DNA of 64,000 nt from a virus (Duplodnaviria > Caudoviricetes). The notes under the pieces were generated by a model that saw nothing but the letters and a program-made list of their open reading frames with translations, made no database searches and was not told where the DNA came from. Location: positions 224,001-288,000 of IMG/VR virus record IMGVR_UViG_3300005326_000040, one strand, 5' to 3'. A program made the position numbers and the translations under genes. Shown in pieces: positions 46,017 through 55,350 of this stretch. The first letter of the stretch is position 1. Every line of letters begins with the position of its first letter.

Positions 46017-46655
46017 ATGAGCACTACAGTTTTAGATTTGATCGATACTTCTGCTCCTACTTTTGGCGAAGAGGAGTGGGATTCTGAATTTGCTATTGAT
46101 TCCTCTACCCTAATAAGACAAGCAAACGATTCATTTAGTTTATTGGAGTACTTGGAAAGTCATTACTCTTTGGAATTTTTAGGTTCAGTTACCGGCTGGA
46201 CCAGAAAAATGCAGTGCCCTTTTCACAAACACGGAAATGAACGAACTCCATCTTTTTTCATCAATGAGAAAAGTAACAGGTATTTATGTCACGCTTGTGG
46301 TGCTACGGGTGGCCTGGTTCAGTTCATTTCGTTTAAGTTTAACAGGCCAGAATCTGATGTCGCAACGCATCTTTTGAAGCTTTCAAAGCAGGGGCTAAAT
46401 GCTGTTGCTATTATTGAAAGCCAAAAAAAGATTGATCAGAAAAAGAAAGTTGTCGGTCTGCTGCTGGAGTTGTCGGATATTTTCAGAGAATTTATTCATG
46501 CTCACGCGGATGACGACATAGCAATACGTCATGTCAACAAGATTATGGAAGGTTTTGATACGGCTTACTTGTTGAACCCTGAGGGCGTGGAAAAGAATAT
46601 AACTGAGGTTGTTGGCAACCTAAGAACGCTATTATCTAATTATGATAGGAAGTAA
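46017..46655 (+). CDS. CHC2 zinc-finger (DnaG-type ZBD) protein
   Basis: CPFH...ERTPSF....N.Y.CHACG..G. Confidence 0.85.
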   Translation: MSTTVLDLIDTSAPTFGEEEWDSEFAIDSSTLIRQANDSFSLLEYLESHYSLEFLGSVTGWTRKMQCPFHKHGNERTPSFFINEKSNRYLCHACGATGGLVQFISFKFNRPESDVATHLLKLSKQGLNAVAIIESQKKIDQKKKVVGLLLELSDIFREFIHAHADDDIAIRHVNKIMEGFDTAYLLNPEGVEKNITEVVGNLRTLLSNYDRK

Positions 46656-46657
46656 GA

Positions 46658-47890
46658 ATGAAGCTGATTATAGTACCAGACATTCATATAGGGAAACAAA
46701 CATCTATTGGCAAAGATGCAATAGGGGTTGGATTGAATTCAAGAGTTCAAGACCAAGCGGACTTGCTTGATTTTGTGTATTCTAAGATTCTTGAAATTAA
46801 ACCGTTGTCGGTTATACTTTTAGGTGATATCTGGGAGGATGTTAATCCTCGTTCTTCTTATGTTCGTGTAGTTTTTGCGTGGATTAAGAAGATTGTCGAT
46901 TTGAATATTTCGGTACACATTATTATGGGGAACCATGATTTTGTGCGCAGCGGGCATGAGCGAGTTTCTATGTTGGATTCGTTTGATGCTTTACAAATGG
47001 AACGAGTTCACATTCATCGTAATATTGAACCGATTTATTTCAACGAACAATGTGCTGCTGTTGCAGTTCCGTTTTGTGACCGTAAACAATTAATGCTTCC
47101 AACCATTCATGAAGCGCAGGGTCATGTTATAAAAAATGTTATCGCAACAAGATTGGAAATTTTCAAAAGACTAGAAAGTGTCAAAAACACAGAAAACTTA
47201 AAGGTTATCATGTTGGGACATTTAGCTTTAGAAGGAAGCTTTTATGTCGGCGATGAAGTTGATGATGAGTCGAATGAAATTTTCGTTCCTCTAGAAGCTT
47301 TTGCTGGGTATGATTGCGCTATTATGGGACATGTGCATAACCAGCAGGAGTTATATCGAGACGGACGAACTGTCTTTGGACATTTGGGAAGTTTAGACAA
47401 AACATCTTTTAGTGAAAAAGATAAGTTTATCGCTGTCTATGACCCTGACGTTGGATTAGATTATATTAAGCTTCCATGTAGAGAGTTGATTGATATTGAC
47501 ATTGATGTTCCTTCTGAAGAAAAAGATGCGACATCTTATGTTTCGCAGCAAATTGAAAAAAACAAAGACGCTTTTGAAAACTCTATTGTTCGAATAAAAG
47601 TAAAGTTAAATTCTCATGACGCAGAAAATGTTGATAAAGACAAAATCATTGCTAATTTGAACAAAAATGGAGTGTTTCATGTCCCGTCTTTTTGTGAGAC
47701 GAGAAGTTTAGACAGAGTTTTAGTTAAAAATGCAGAAGTAGACGAGTCCGTAAATCCGATTCAAGGCTTCAAAATTTTTCTCAAGACTATTGATGCCGAG
47801 CCTGAATTCAAGGACGAGTGTTTTGAGCTTGGTAATACGGTTATCAAAACGTGTTTTGCAAACTTAGCAAATAAAGGAAATACTAAATGA
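46658..47890 (+). CDS. sbcD: SbcD/Mre11/gp47-like nuclease
   Basis: DIH, GD, GNHD, GH, GHVH phosphoesterase motifs. Confidence 0.9.
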   Translation: MKLIIVPDIHIGKQTSIGKDAIGVGLNSRVQDQADLLDFVYSKILEIKPLSVILLGDIWEDVNPRSSYVRVVFAWIKKIVDLNISVHIIMGNHDFVRSGHERVSMLDSFDALQMERVHIHRNIEPIYFNEQCAAVAVPFCDRKQLMLPTIHEAQGHVIKNVIATRLEIFKRLESVKNTENLKVIMLGHLALEGSFYVGDEVDDESNEIFVPLEAFAGYDCAIMGHVHNQQELYRDGRTVFGHLGSLDKTSFSEKDKFIAVYDPDVGLDYIKLPCRELIDIDIDVPSEEKDATSYVSQQIEKNKDAFENSIVRIKVKLNSHDAENVDKDKIIANLNKNGVFHVPSFCETRSLDRVLVKNAEVDESVNPIQGFKIFLKTIDAEPEFKDECFELGNTVIKTCFANLANKGNTK

Positions 47891-50049
47891 TTCCGGGTAA
47901 GCTAACTTTAAAAAACTTCAAAGCTCACAAAGAATCAGTCGTTGACTTTAGTAAGCTTGGTACGGCGATTCTAATTGTAGGAATTGAAGATAGTTCATCT
48001 GATGTAAGCAATGCTGTTGGAAAGTCTACTCTTTTTAGCGCTATTGAATATGTATTGTTTAACATTAACTCTACCGGAGAAATTGCTCGGGTTATTAGAG
48101 ACGGGGCTGCTAAATGTGAGGTAGAATATGAATTTAGCATGTCGGACGGTTCACATTACTTGATTAATAGGTACCGAACCAAGACGACAAATGGCGTTAC
48201 GCTAAAGGAAAGAAACAAAGACGGAGAATGGAAAGATATTTCCGGAAGGACGCCATCAGCTACAGACAAAGAGATTACAAAGATTATCAAAATCAATAGC
48301 AAGACATTTCAGAACACGTCCTATTTTATGCAGGATGATGTTGAAAATCTTGCGAAGGCTCGTCCGGAAGAGCGAAAAAAGATTATCAGTTCCATGTTGG
48401 AGCTAGGTATTTGGAAAAAGTTTAAAGAAGCATTGGATGAGGAGCGGAAACCTTTTGACAAAGAGTTGGCAATTGTCAAAGCCAAGATTGGTGATCTTGG
48501 AACTAGTCCACAAATTGAGTTGACAAACCTGGAAAATGGGCTGGAAGCTATTAGAGACTCTATTGCTCAAAGTAATATCAAATTAGAAGATGCAAAACCA
48601 AAGTTGAGCAGCAAAAAAGAATTGCTGGGGCAACTAAAGAATCTTGCAACAGATCACGCTCAGATTGACCAAAAATATAACGACGCGATTTTGTTCAAGA
48701 AAGAAACAGAGGACAATGCGAAATACATTGAATCCTCTTTGAAAGACTCCAAAGTGGAGTTGGATCGTTATGAAACCAAGGTGAAAAAAAATGATGAAGC
48801 GGTCAAAACCCGGCTTGAGAAGCTAAAGCAATTAATTGAAGAAGCTCCTCTTGCGCCGAATATGAAAAAATATGAAAGCGTAAACAATAATTTAGCTTCC
48901 CTTAACGTTGCGTTAAAGGAAGAAAGAGCCACGCTTAAAGCTCTTCTTATGGAATTGCCAGAAGACGCTATGTGTCCGGCGTGTTCAACTGTGTTGGATG
49001 AGCAACATAGGCAAGAACTAAAGGATTCTAAGCAAGTTCGCGCAAAGAAGGTTCGTGCTGAGATTGAAGAACTTCAAAAAAAGATCACTATGTGCGAGGA
49101 GGATATCGCATATTTTGAATCTCAAATTGAAGCGAGCAACGCACATAATAAACAAAAGACTCAGATTTCCGGAGAAATCACAGTTTACAATGAAGATATC
49201 CGTGTTTGTGCAATCTCAATAGAGAGGCTAAAAGAAAGAATTACTTCTTTAGAGGACAAATATACAAAAACGCAAAGTTCTATTCAAAAGGCCGCGAAGA
49301 TGTACGAAGACGCTAAACGTCTGAAAGTAGCTTCGATGAGCCAGGATAGCAATGATAAAGAAATAGAACTGGTTTCTAAGGAAATCGCAGAGCTTGATAA
49401 GATTGTCAATACACATAGTAGATTCATTAATGAAAACATGTCGGAAATCGGTTCTTATCAAGAACGAATTGAACAAAAGAAAAAAGATGTAAAGAAGAAG
49501 CTTGAGCTTGACGCTAAAGAAAAAGAGCTAACTAAAAAGCTAAAAGTCTATGACACGGTTGGTTTTGCCTTTTCAAGCAAAGGCATTCCGTTTATGATTA
49601 TCAGTTCCGTTTTGGATTCTATTCAAGAAGAAACCAATAAGGTTCTCAGTATCCTTCGGAAAAATATGCAGGTTCAGTTCATTATTGACAAAGAGACGGA
49701 TGGTGAGATAAAAGATACGTTAGATATGAAGTTTTTTGCTAACAACAAAGAATGGTCTTATGATGAGCTTTCAGGTGGACAAAAAGCTTCTGTGGCTTTG
49801 GCTTTGAAGTTCGCGATGGCTGTTGTTAGCAGAAGACGATGCGGAGCAGATATAAAGCTTCTTATGTTGGATGAAGTAGACCAGCCACTAGATGCTGCAA
49901 GTACCGAATCTTTTTATCAGATTATTCGAGAATGGTCTAAGGATATGACTATTATGGTTATTACCCATAGAGAACAATTGAAGACTAAGTTTCCAAATTT
50001 TATTTTGGTTGAAAAGAAGAATGATACAACTTCGGCAATGGTGGTATGA
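47887..50049 (+). CDS. sbcC: SbcC/Rad50/gp46-like ATPase
   Basis: NAVGKST, CPAC zinc hook, LSGGQ, LDEVD, ITH. Confidence 0.93.
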   Translation: MIPGKLTLKNFKAHKESVVDFSKLGTAILIVGIEDSSSDVSNAVGKSTLFSAIEYVLFNINSTGEIARVIRDGAAKCEVEYEFSMSDGSHYLINRYRTKTTNGVTLKERNKDGEWKDISGRTPSATDKEITKIIKINSKTFQNTSYFMQDDVENLAKARPEERKKIISSMLELGIWKKFKEALDEERKPFDKELAIVKAKIGDLGTSPQIELTNLENGLEAIRDSIAQSNIKLEDAKPKLSSKKELLGQLKNLATDHAQIDQKYNDAILFKKETEDNAKYIESSLKDSKVELDRYETKVKKNDEAVKTRLEKLKQLIEEAPLAPNMKKYESVNNNLASLNVALKEERATLKALLMELPEDAMCPACSTVLDEQHRQELKDSKQVRAKKVRAEIEELQKKITMCEEDIAYFESQIEASNAHNKQKTQISGEITVYNEDIRVCAISIERLKERITSLEDKYTKTQSSIQKAAKMYEDAKRLKVASMSQDSNDKEIELVSKEIAELDKIVNTHSRFINENMSEIGSYQERIEQKKKDVKKKLELDAKEKELTKKLKVYDTVGFAFSSKGIPFMIISSVLDSIQEETNKVLSILRKNMQVQFIIDKETDGEIKDTLDMKFFANNKEWSYDELSGGQKASVALALKFAMAVVSRRRCGADIKLLMLDEVDQPLDAASTESFYQIIREWSKDMTIMVITHREQLKTKFPNFILVEKKNDTTSAMVV

Positions 50050-50675
50050 TGGAAACTATTTATATTGGGATTAGTGGAAAAGCTAAGCATGGTAAAGATA
50101 CGTTTGCCCAGCATATTAGCATAGCATTTCGTTATGCTCCTGTTCACGCAATTCAAACCGCATTTGCTGATCCAATTAAGAAAATGGCGCAAATTCAATT
50201 TCCCCATTTGACGCGAGCGGATTTGTGGGGGCCGAGTGAAAATAGAGAAAAAATAATTCAAGGATATGTTAATCCTGAAACCGGAGAGCCTTTGAAAATC
50301 CGAGATGTTCTAAAGCATATTGGAACAACATGGGGTCGTGGAACTAATCCTAATTGCTGGATTGACGCAACTTTTGGTCACATAGATTCAACATTTTATG
50401 GCCCGCCAGTAGACTCTGGTTGTATTGCGGTAATTTCTGATTGTCGGTTTAGAAATGAATACGAAGCAATTAGAGCTAAAAAAAACAACATGATTTTCAG
50501 ATTGTGGCGGCCATCTGTTGAGAATGTTAGCTCGCATCCATCAGAAACCGAGCTTGATGATGAAAGTATTCCTTGGGATGCGCTCATCATAAATAATGAT
50601 GTTATGGACGATTTTCAAAAAGAAGCTACAAAGGCGGCTGCAAAAGTTTATGATCGATTTGGTCTTAAATTCTAG
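50046..50675 (+). CDS. deoxynucleoside monophosphate kinase
   Basis: GISGKAKHGKDT, FADPIK, ISDCRF.NE. Confidence 0.85.
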   Translation: MMETIYIGISGKAKHGKDTFAQHISIAFRYAPVHAIQTAFADPIKKMAQIQFPHLTRADLWGPSENREKIIQGYVNPETGEPLKIRDVLKHIGTTWGRGTNPNCWIDATFGHIDSTFYGPPVDSGCIAVISDCRFRNEYEAIRAKKNNMIFRLWRPSVENVSSHPSETELDDESIPWDALIINNDVMDDFQKEATKAAAKVYDRFGLKF

Positions 50676-50719
50676 CGCAGTAGTGGCGGCTAATAATTCC
50701 ATATCCTAACAAAGGAATT

Positions 50720-51688
50720 ATGGCTGTAATCACAATCTCTGTTACTCCGTCAGAACGTCAACTGGTAAGTGGCATACCTCAATTTGTTGCTATCGCGACA
50801 AATATTGCCGCAATTATTTTCTACACTTTGGATGGCACAGATCCTAGCGAGGCAAGTTCAGTTTATACAGATCAAATTGAAATGCCAAGGGATGTTTCTG
50901 CTATAACTCTTAAGGTTTATGCTACTAACGGAACGGATTCAAGTTCTGTCCTTGCTCTGACCTACAAAACAGTTTTAGATGGAATGCGGAAAGCTCAAGC
51001 TACGGTTTCTTTCTTAGAGAGCGAATATATGTATACCTCTCTCATCGGGGGAAGCTCGTATGCTCGAAAGGTTCAATACAGTCAAGAACATATGGGAATT
51101 TTGGACAAGTCAAATGTTCCCAATACAGTTCAAGATGGGTATGGACCTTATGGAGAGTTTCCGGTTCAGTCTTACGACCAACCTATTTCTTCTTCGTCAG
51201 CGAGATATTCTGAAACCGACAGGCAGGGAAATTATGGTAGAGGTATAGGGACTTTCAATAGAACTGAAGTGGTTTACTTGCCTCCCGACCCTGAGACTAC
51301 AAAGCTTTCTGCAAAAAGTTTTAATCCTAGAGCTATGGTTTTGTTTGCTGATAGTCGGGAACCAACAGATACCGTTCACCTTTTTAGACCGCTTTATTAT
51401 GATGCGCGTCGCGTAGGCGATTATTATGAAACGTATGAGACAGACGGTAATAGATTAACTACCGGCACTTTTTTGAAACAATATTTTAATCCGCGCGATA
51501 ATACGATCACATATTATTTTAGAGACAGTCGAACGAATCGTTGGATAATTTCTGTCGAGTCAGCGTCAATACAGCCTACAAATGAACAAGCGAGCCATTT
51601 ATTCAATGTAGCTCCTGCGGCTTCAGAACAAGGCGCAGGATATATTTATCGTTGGATATTCTTTAAAGGCGGCGCCCATTTGACATAA
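50720..51688 (+). CDS. protein with N-terminal Fn3/chitobiase C-terminal-like domain
   Basis: IFYTLDGTDP...S.VYT..I.M....TLKV.A. Confidence 0.65.
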   Translation: MAVITISVTPSERQLVSGIPQFVAIATNIAAIIFYTLDGTDPSEASSVYTDQIEMPRDVSAITLKVYATNGTDSSSVLALTYKTVLDGMRKAQATVSFLESEYMYTSLIGGSSYARKVQYSQEHMGILDKSNVPNTVQDGYGPYGEFPVQSYDQPISSSSARYSETDRQGNYGRGIGTFNRTEVVYLPPDPETTKLSAKSFNPRAMVLFADSREPTDTVHLFRPLYYDARRVGDYYETYETDGNRLTTGTFLKQYFNPRDNTITYYFRDSRTNRWIISVESASIQPTNEQASHLFNVAPAASEQGAGYIYRWIFFKGGAHLT

Positions 51689-51719
51689 TTCGCTTTTTCA
51701 AGAAAGAAAGCTGGAAAAT

Positions 51720-52529
51720 ATGAGCGAAGTTAGCGGAAAAGTTTCCTTGCCGGTGCTTTCCTATTCAAAGGTTAGCAGTTATAAACGCTGTCCTAAATGC
51801 TACAAATTAGGATATATAGATAAGCTGCCTAAAGTTGAAAAGCCATATACTGTTTTAGGTAATTTTTGTCATAGTGTTTTGGAAGCGTTCCACAAACATT
51901 GGATGCAAACACCTGTAGACAAAGATAAATTCAAAACAGTAATGCGTGATTCTTTTGCTTTGCAGCGAGAAAAATACAAGGAACGGATTCAAAAAGAACA
52001 AGTGGATGATGCTTATGGTATGATGAAGACATATCTAGAGCATATCAGCGACCCAAAGACTATTTTCCCAAATATCGTATCTTTAGAACAAAAGATTTGG
52101 GAAACAGTTAATGATGAGTTTATTTTCCTTGGTTATATCGATAGAGTACAGTTTGACAAAGAAGACAATGTGTTTCATATTGTTGACTACAAAACAACTC
52201 AAAAGAAGCAGTACTTGAAGGATGATACGCAAATTAAATTGTACGGCCATTTTATTGCCCTGAATAATCCTGAAATTGAAAACATTAGAGTTTCCTACAT
52301 TTTACTTAAACATAAAATGCAGTATATGACGAAAGAGTATAACGTTAGTGCTTTGGCAGAAGCTAAGGATCATTTTGTCGAGCAGTGGCATGAACTGAAG
52401 AATGATCAGTTGTTCAGAGCGAACGCAGGTTTTGGCAGTTGTACAATTTGTGATTACGTTGATATATGTCAAGAAGGACGAGACTTAATTCATCGTAAGA
52501 AGTCATATTTCGGCGAAACGGACTGGTGA
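51720..52529 (+). CDS. PD-(D/E)XK exonuclease (AddB/Cas4-like)
   Basis: SYS....CP, G..CH, G.IDR, DYKT, Q..LY, C..C.Y..IC. Confidence 0.85.
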   Translation: MSEVSGKVSLPVLSYSKVSSYKRCPKCYKLGYIDKLPKVEKPYTVLGNFCHSVLEAFHKHWMQTPVDKDKFKTVMRDSFALQREKYKERIQKEQVDDAYGMMKTYLEHISDPKTIFPNIVSLEQKIWETVNDEFIFLGYIDRVQFDKEDNVFHIVDYKTTQKKQYLKDDTQIKLYGHFIALNNPEIENIRVSYILLKHKMQYMTKEYNVSALAEAKDHFVEQWHELKNDQLFRANAGFGSCTICDYVDICQEGRDLIHRKKSYFGETDW

Positions 52530-53830
52530 AAGGAACAAAGATGACAATTATTCAGAAAGAAAATATCGAAACATGTCGCGATCGTATCATTTTTTCTTTT
52601 GATAAAGAGAAGGTTACAGCTACGGTAGATGACATTGTTGAGACTATTAAAAAGAATCAGACTCCCATTAAGGGTTTTCGCAAGGGACGCGCGCCGGATA
52701 GTGCTATCAAAACAACTGCTCGGAAGTATATTATCGAGGAAGTAAAACGTCGTCTTATTTCTGAGGCGTTTCAGGATATTATTTTTGAAACGAAGATTAA
52801 GCCTTTTGGTAGCCCCGACATTAAAGAAGTTGATGTTTCCATGACCAACTTTAAGTTGGATATGGAAGTGCCGTATTTCCCAACGTTTGAGCTTAATCAG
52901 CACAAAGGTTTTAATTTGACTGAGCCTACAGGGCTACCTACTATTGAAGAGCTAACAGAAAGAACAAAGTCTGATCTTCAGACCGAGCAGCCTAATCTTC
53001 GCCCGTATAATCAAGATGATTTTGCGATGGATGGAGATACCGTCTTTGTAAATTACAACGGCACTATTAACGGCAAGAGTTTCGAGAATTCTAATGCTAC
53101 TAACGTCATGATTCAAATGAATGGTGGTATGTTTGTAAGAGAATTTGAAGTTAACATTATGGGCATGCATGTAGGCGAAAAACGCGAGTTTGATATCGCT
53201 TTTACGTCAGATCATAATGTTGATAAGAAGCTCGTAGGCAAGACGGTGCATTTTGATGTCGAGCTTGCTAATGGCGTGAAGAAAGAAGTGGCAGAGATTG
53301 ATGATGCGTTTGCTCAAAAGATTGGTTTAGAGAATTTGGAAGCTCTAAATCAAAAGATTGCTGAGCGGGTTAATGCACATTTAGCGCAGCTTCGAAGTAC
53401 ACAGCTGCAAAATCAGGCGATTGATTTGATGATTGCTTCAAATCCAATTGACATTCCTGATTGGATGAGCCTAAGTGCTGCTGAGAATCTTGCGCGTTCT
53501 CGCACCTTGAATTGGAATGAATGCACCCCTGAGTTGCGACAGGGTCTTATTGCTGAGGCAGCAAAAGCTCTGAAGACATCAATGATTCTAAATGAGATTC
53601 GCGGCAAGGAAGTGGAAACAGCTTTATCTCACGATGAAATTGAAAATGTTATTAAGACCAATTTGCGTCAGCTGCCTCCTGAACTACAAACTCAGTTTTT
53701 AAGTCAGAATGGAATGATGTCTAGATTGTATGCCGAGATTCAGGACACCCAAGTTTTGGATTGGGTTGTTAAGAATTCAACTGTCGGTTCGACAACTGAA
53801 GAAACAAAAGAAGAAAACAAGGGAGAATAA
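52526..53830 (+). CDS. tig: trigger factor
   Basis: GFRKGRAP signature, FKBP domain (GD.V.VNY.G..NGK.F), C-terminal helical domain; 434 aa. Confidence 0.92.
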   Translation: MKGTKMTIIQKENIETCRDRIIFSFDKEKVTATVDDIVETIKKNQTPIKGFRKGRAPDSAIKTTARKYIIEEVKRRLISEAFQDIIFETKIKPFGSPDIKEVDVSMTNFKLDMEVPYFPTFELNQHKGFNLTEPTGLPTIEELTERTKSDLQTEQPNLRPYNQDDFAMDGDTVFVNYNGTINGKSFENSNATNVMIQMNGGMFVREFEVNIMGMHVGEKREFDIAFTSDHNVDKKLVGKTVHFDVELANGVKKEVAEIDDAFAQKIGLENLEALNQKIAERVNAHLAQLRSTQLQNQAIDLMIASNPIDIPDWMSLSAAENLARSRTLNWNECTPELRQGLIAEAAKALKTSMILNEIRGKEVETALSHDEIENVIKTNLRQLPPELQTQFLSQNGMMSRLYAEIQDTQVLDWVVKNSTVGSTTEETKEENKGE

Positions 53831-53833
53831 GTT

Positions 53834-54175
53834 ATGCCTCGTGTAAAGAAAGAAAAAGCTGGTGCCGGTGAGTTCCCCGCAAAGTTTGCCAAGGTTCTTG
53901 GTGAAGAGTGGATGAGTGCAACTGATTCTCTGGACACAGAGGAGTTGAAGAAGATTGTTGTTGACGCTGCGAATATGATCGAAGAGCAGGAAAAGCAGCG
54001 CGACGCTGATATGGAACTCAAGCAGCAGAAGGAAAAGCTCAAGGAGATGTCTGGGCTTTATAAGGAAGACCTTTTCTATCAAAAGGCCCGTATCAAGTAC
54101 TCTCTTAAGGTTCTTGAGTCCCGAGGGATCAAGGTTGCCCCTGCAAAGGAAGCGGCAATTAAAACGGGCGGATGA
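53834..54175 (+). CDS. coiled-coil hypothetical protein
   Basis: 113-aa ORF. Confidence 0.7.
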   Translation: MPRVKKEKAGAGEFPAKFAKVLGEEWMSATDSLDTEELKKIVVDAANMIEEQEKQRDADMELKQQKEKLKEMSGLYKEDLFYQKARIKYSLKVLESRGIKVAPAKEAAIKTGG

Positions 54176-54474
54176 TAAAGAAAAGTGTAATCAAGCAGGT
54201 TGGAAACTGTAATTGCTCCGGAGGGAAAGCAAGAATTTCAATTGCTTTCCCTTCTGGGGTGACCCGCGAGTTTATCGAAAAATGTAAAAGCGCGGGGTTT
54301 GAAGACGAGCCGGAATACACAAAAGCCGGAATGCTCTACCTCAAAAAAGGCCCTGTTGTTGTTTCAGGGGCGATATGCCTTCGAAACGCCAATATAGTTT
54401 GCCTTAAAAAAGATTCACAAAATTGTGAAGCCGAGATTGATAAAGTTATCTCGGAACTAGAGCGGTTGTGTTAA
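54172..54474 (+). CDS. hypothetical protein
   Basis: ATGA overlap. Confidence 0.6.
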   Translation: MIKKSVIKQVGNCNCSGGKARISIAFPSGVTREFIEKCKSAGFEDEPEYTKAGMLYLKKGPVVVSGAICLRNANIVCLKKDSQNCEAEIDKVISELERLC

Positions 54475-54540
54475 CTGTTGTCAATTTTGACTTCAGTTAC
54501 CTAAGCTTGTATGGTTATTGCCTAAGGAAAGGTTAACTTC

Positions 54541-54861
54541 ATGGATTATAGAATATTTGATGAAGATAATGAGCATTGCGGTTATGCCGCAGGGCATGGC
54601 GGGAAATCGCCGTGTAAAGCATGTAAAGGAGCCATCTGCATTCACTGGATGCAAAATTTATCTGCCGTAAAACTTAATAGTTATCCCGGCGGCGATAAAA
54701 TGAAACATTATACGGATTTAACTGTTAGGTTTGATTTGAAAATGTTTCAGGATTTGAAAACAGAAATTCTTAATTTCGATGTTCGAAAGTCAGTAATAGA
54801 CGGCAAGGCAACGTATAAATCAATCATGCGAGAAAATTTTCTACCAAAAGAAGGCAAATAA
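54541..54861 (+). CDS. hypothetical protein
   Basis: HCG..AGH....C..C motif. Confidence 0.6.
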   Translation: MDYRIFDEDNEHCGYAAGHGGKSPCKACKGAICIHWMQNLSAVKLNSYPGGDKMKHYTDLTVRFDLKMFQDLKTEILNFDVRKSVIDGKATYKSIMRENFLPKEGK

Positions 54862-55341
54862 ATGTTTACATTTACTGTTACGGTTGGACAATTACTAGCA
54901 CACGCTGTGGGCGATTATGGATTGCAGTCAGATTGGATGGCAGCAGATAAAACATCCAAATGGCAACCTGCTTTAGCTCACGCATTTACTTATACTTTGC
55001 CATTTTTATTCCTTACGAGATGTTGGTGGGCGCTTCTTCTTATTATGGGTTCGCATTATGTAATTGATCGTTATCGTTTAATTCGATATTACATCTGGCT
55101 GAAGAATTTTATTTCTCCCAAGGTAGTTCCTAAGGAAGTTTTGAAATTTAATCCTGACGGGTCTCTTGCGAGTTCAAGTATAACCTATGTTAGGTATTAT
55201 TCGTGGGAGCAATGTTCCAAAACAGGAATGTATACTGGGAAGCCTGATTGGCTGGCTGTTTGGTTGATGATTATCACAGACAATCTTGCACACATTCTTT
55301 GTAATGGGCTGATCCTTTCGGTAGCTCAGTTTGTAGCCTAA
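54862..55341 (+). CDS. DUF3307-like membrane protein
   Basis: LAH..GDY.LQSDWMA..K, SHY.ID, DN..H. Confidence 0.75.
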   Translation: MFTFTVTVGQLLAHAVGDYGLQSDWMAADKTSKWQPALAHAFTYTLPFLFLTRCWWALLLIMGSHYVIDRYRLIRYYIWLKNFISPKVVPKEVLKFNPDGSLASSSITYVRYYSWEQCSKTGMYTGKPDWLAVWLMIITDNLAHILCNGLILSVAQFVA

Positions 55342-55350
55342 GGTGTCTTC

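Noticed and set aside
51720-52529. Cas4 as part of a CRISPR system
   Set aside because: No array or other cas gene in the window; it sits in the replication module as a solo PD-(D/E)XK nuclease
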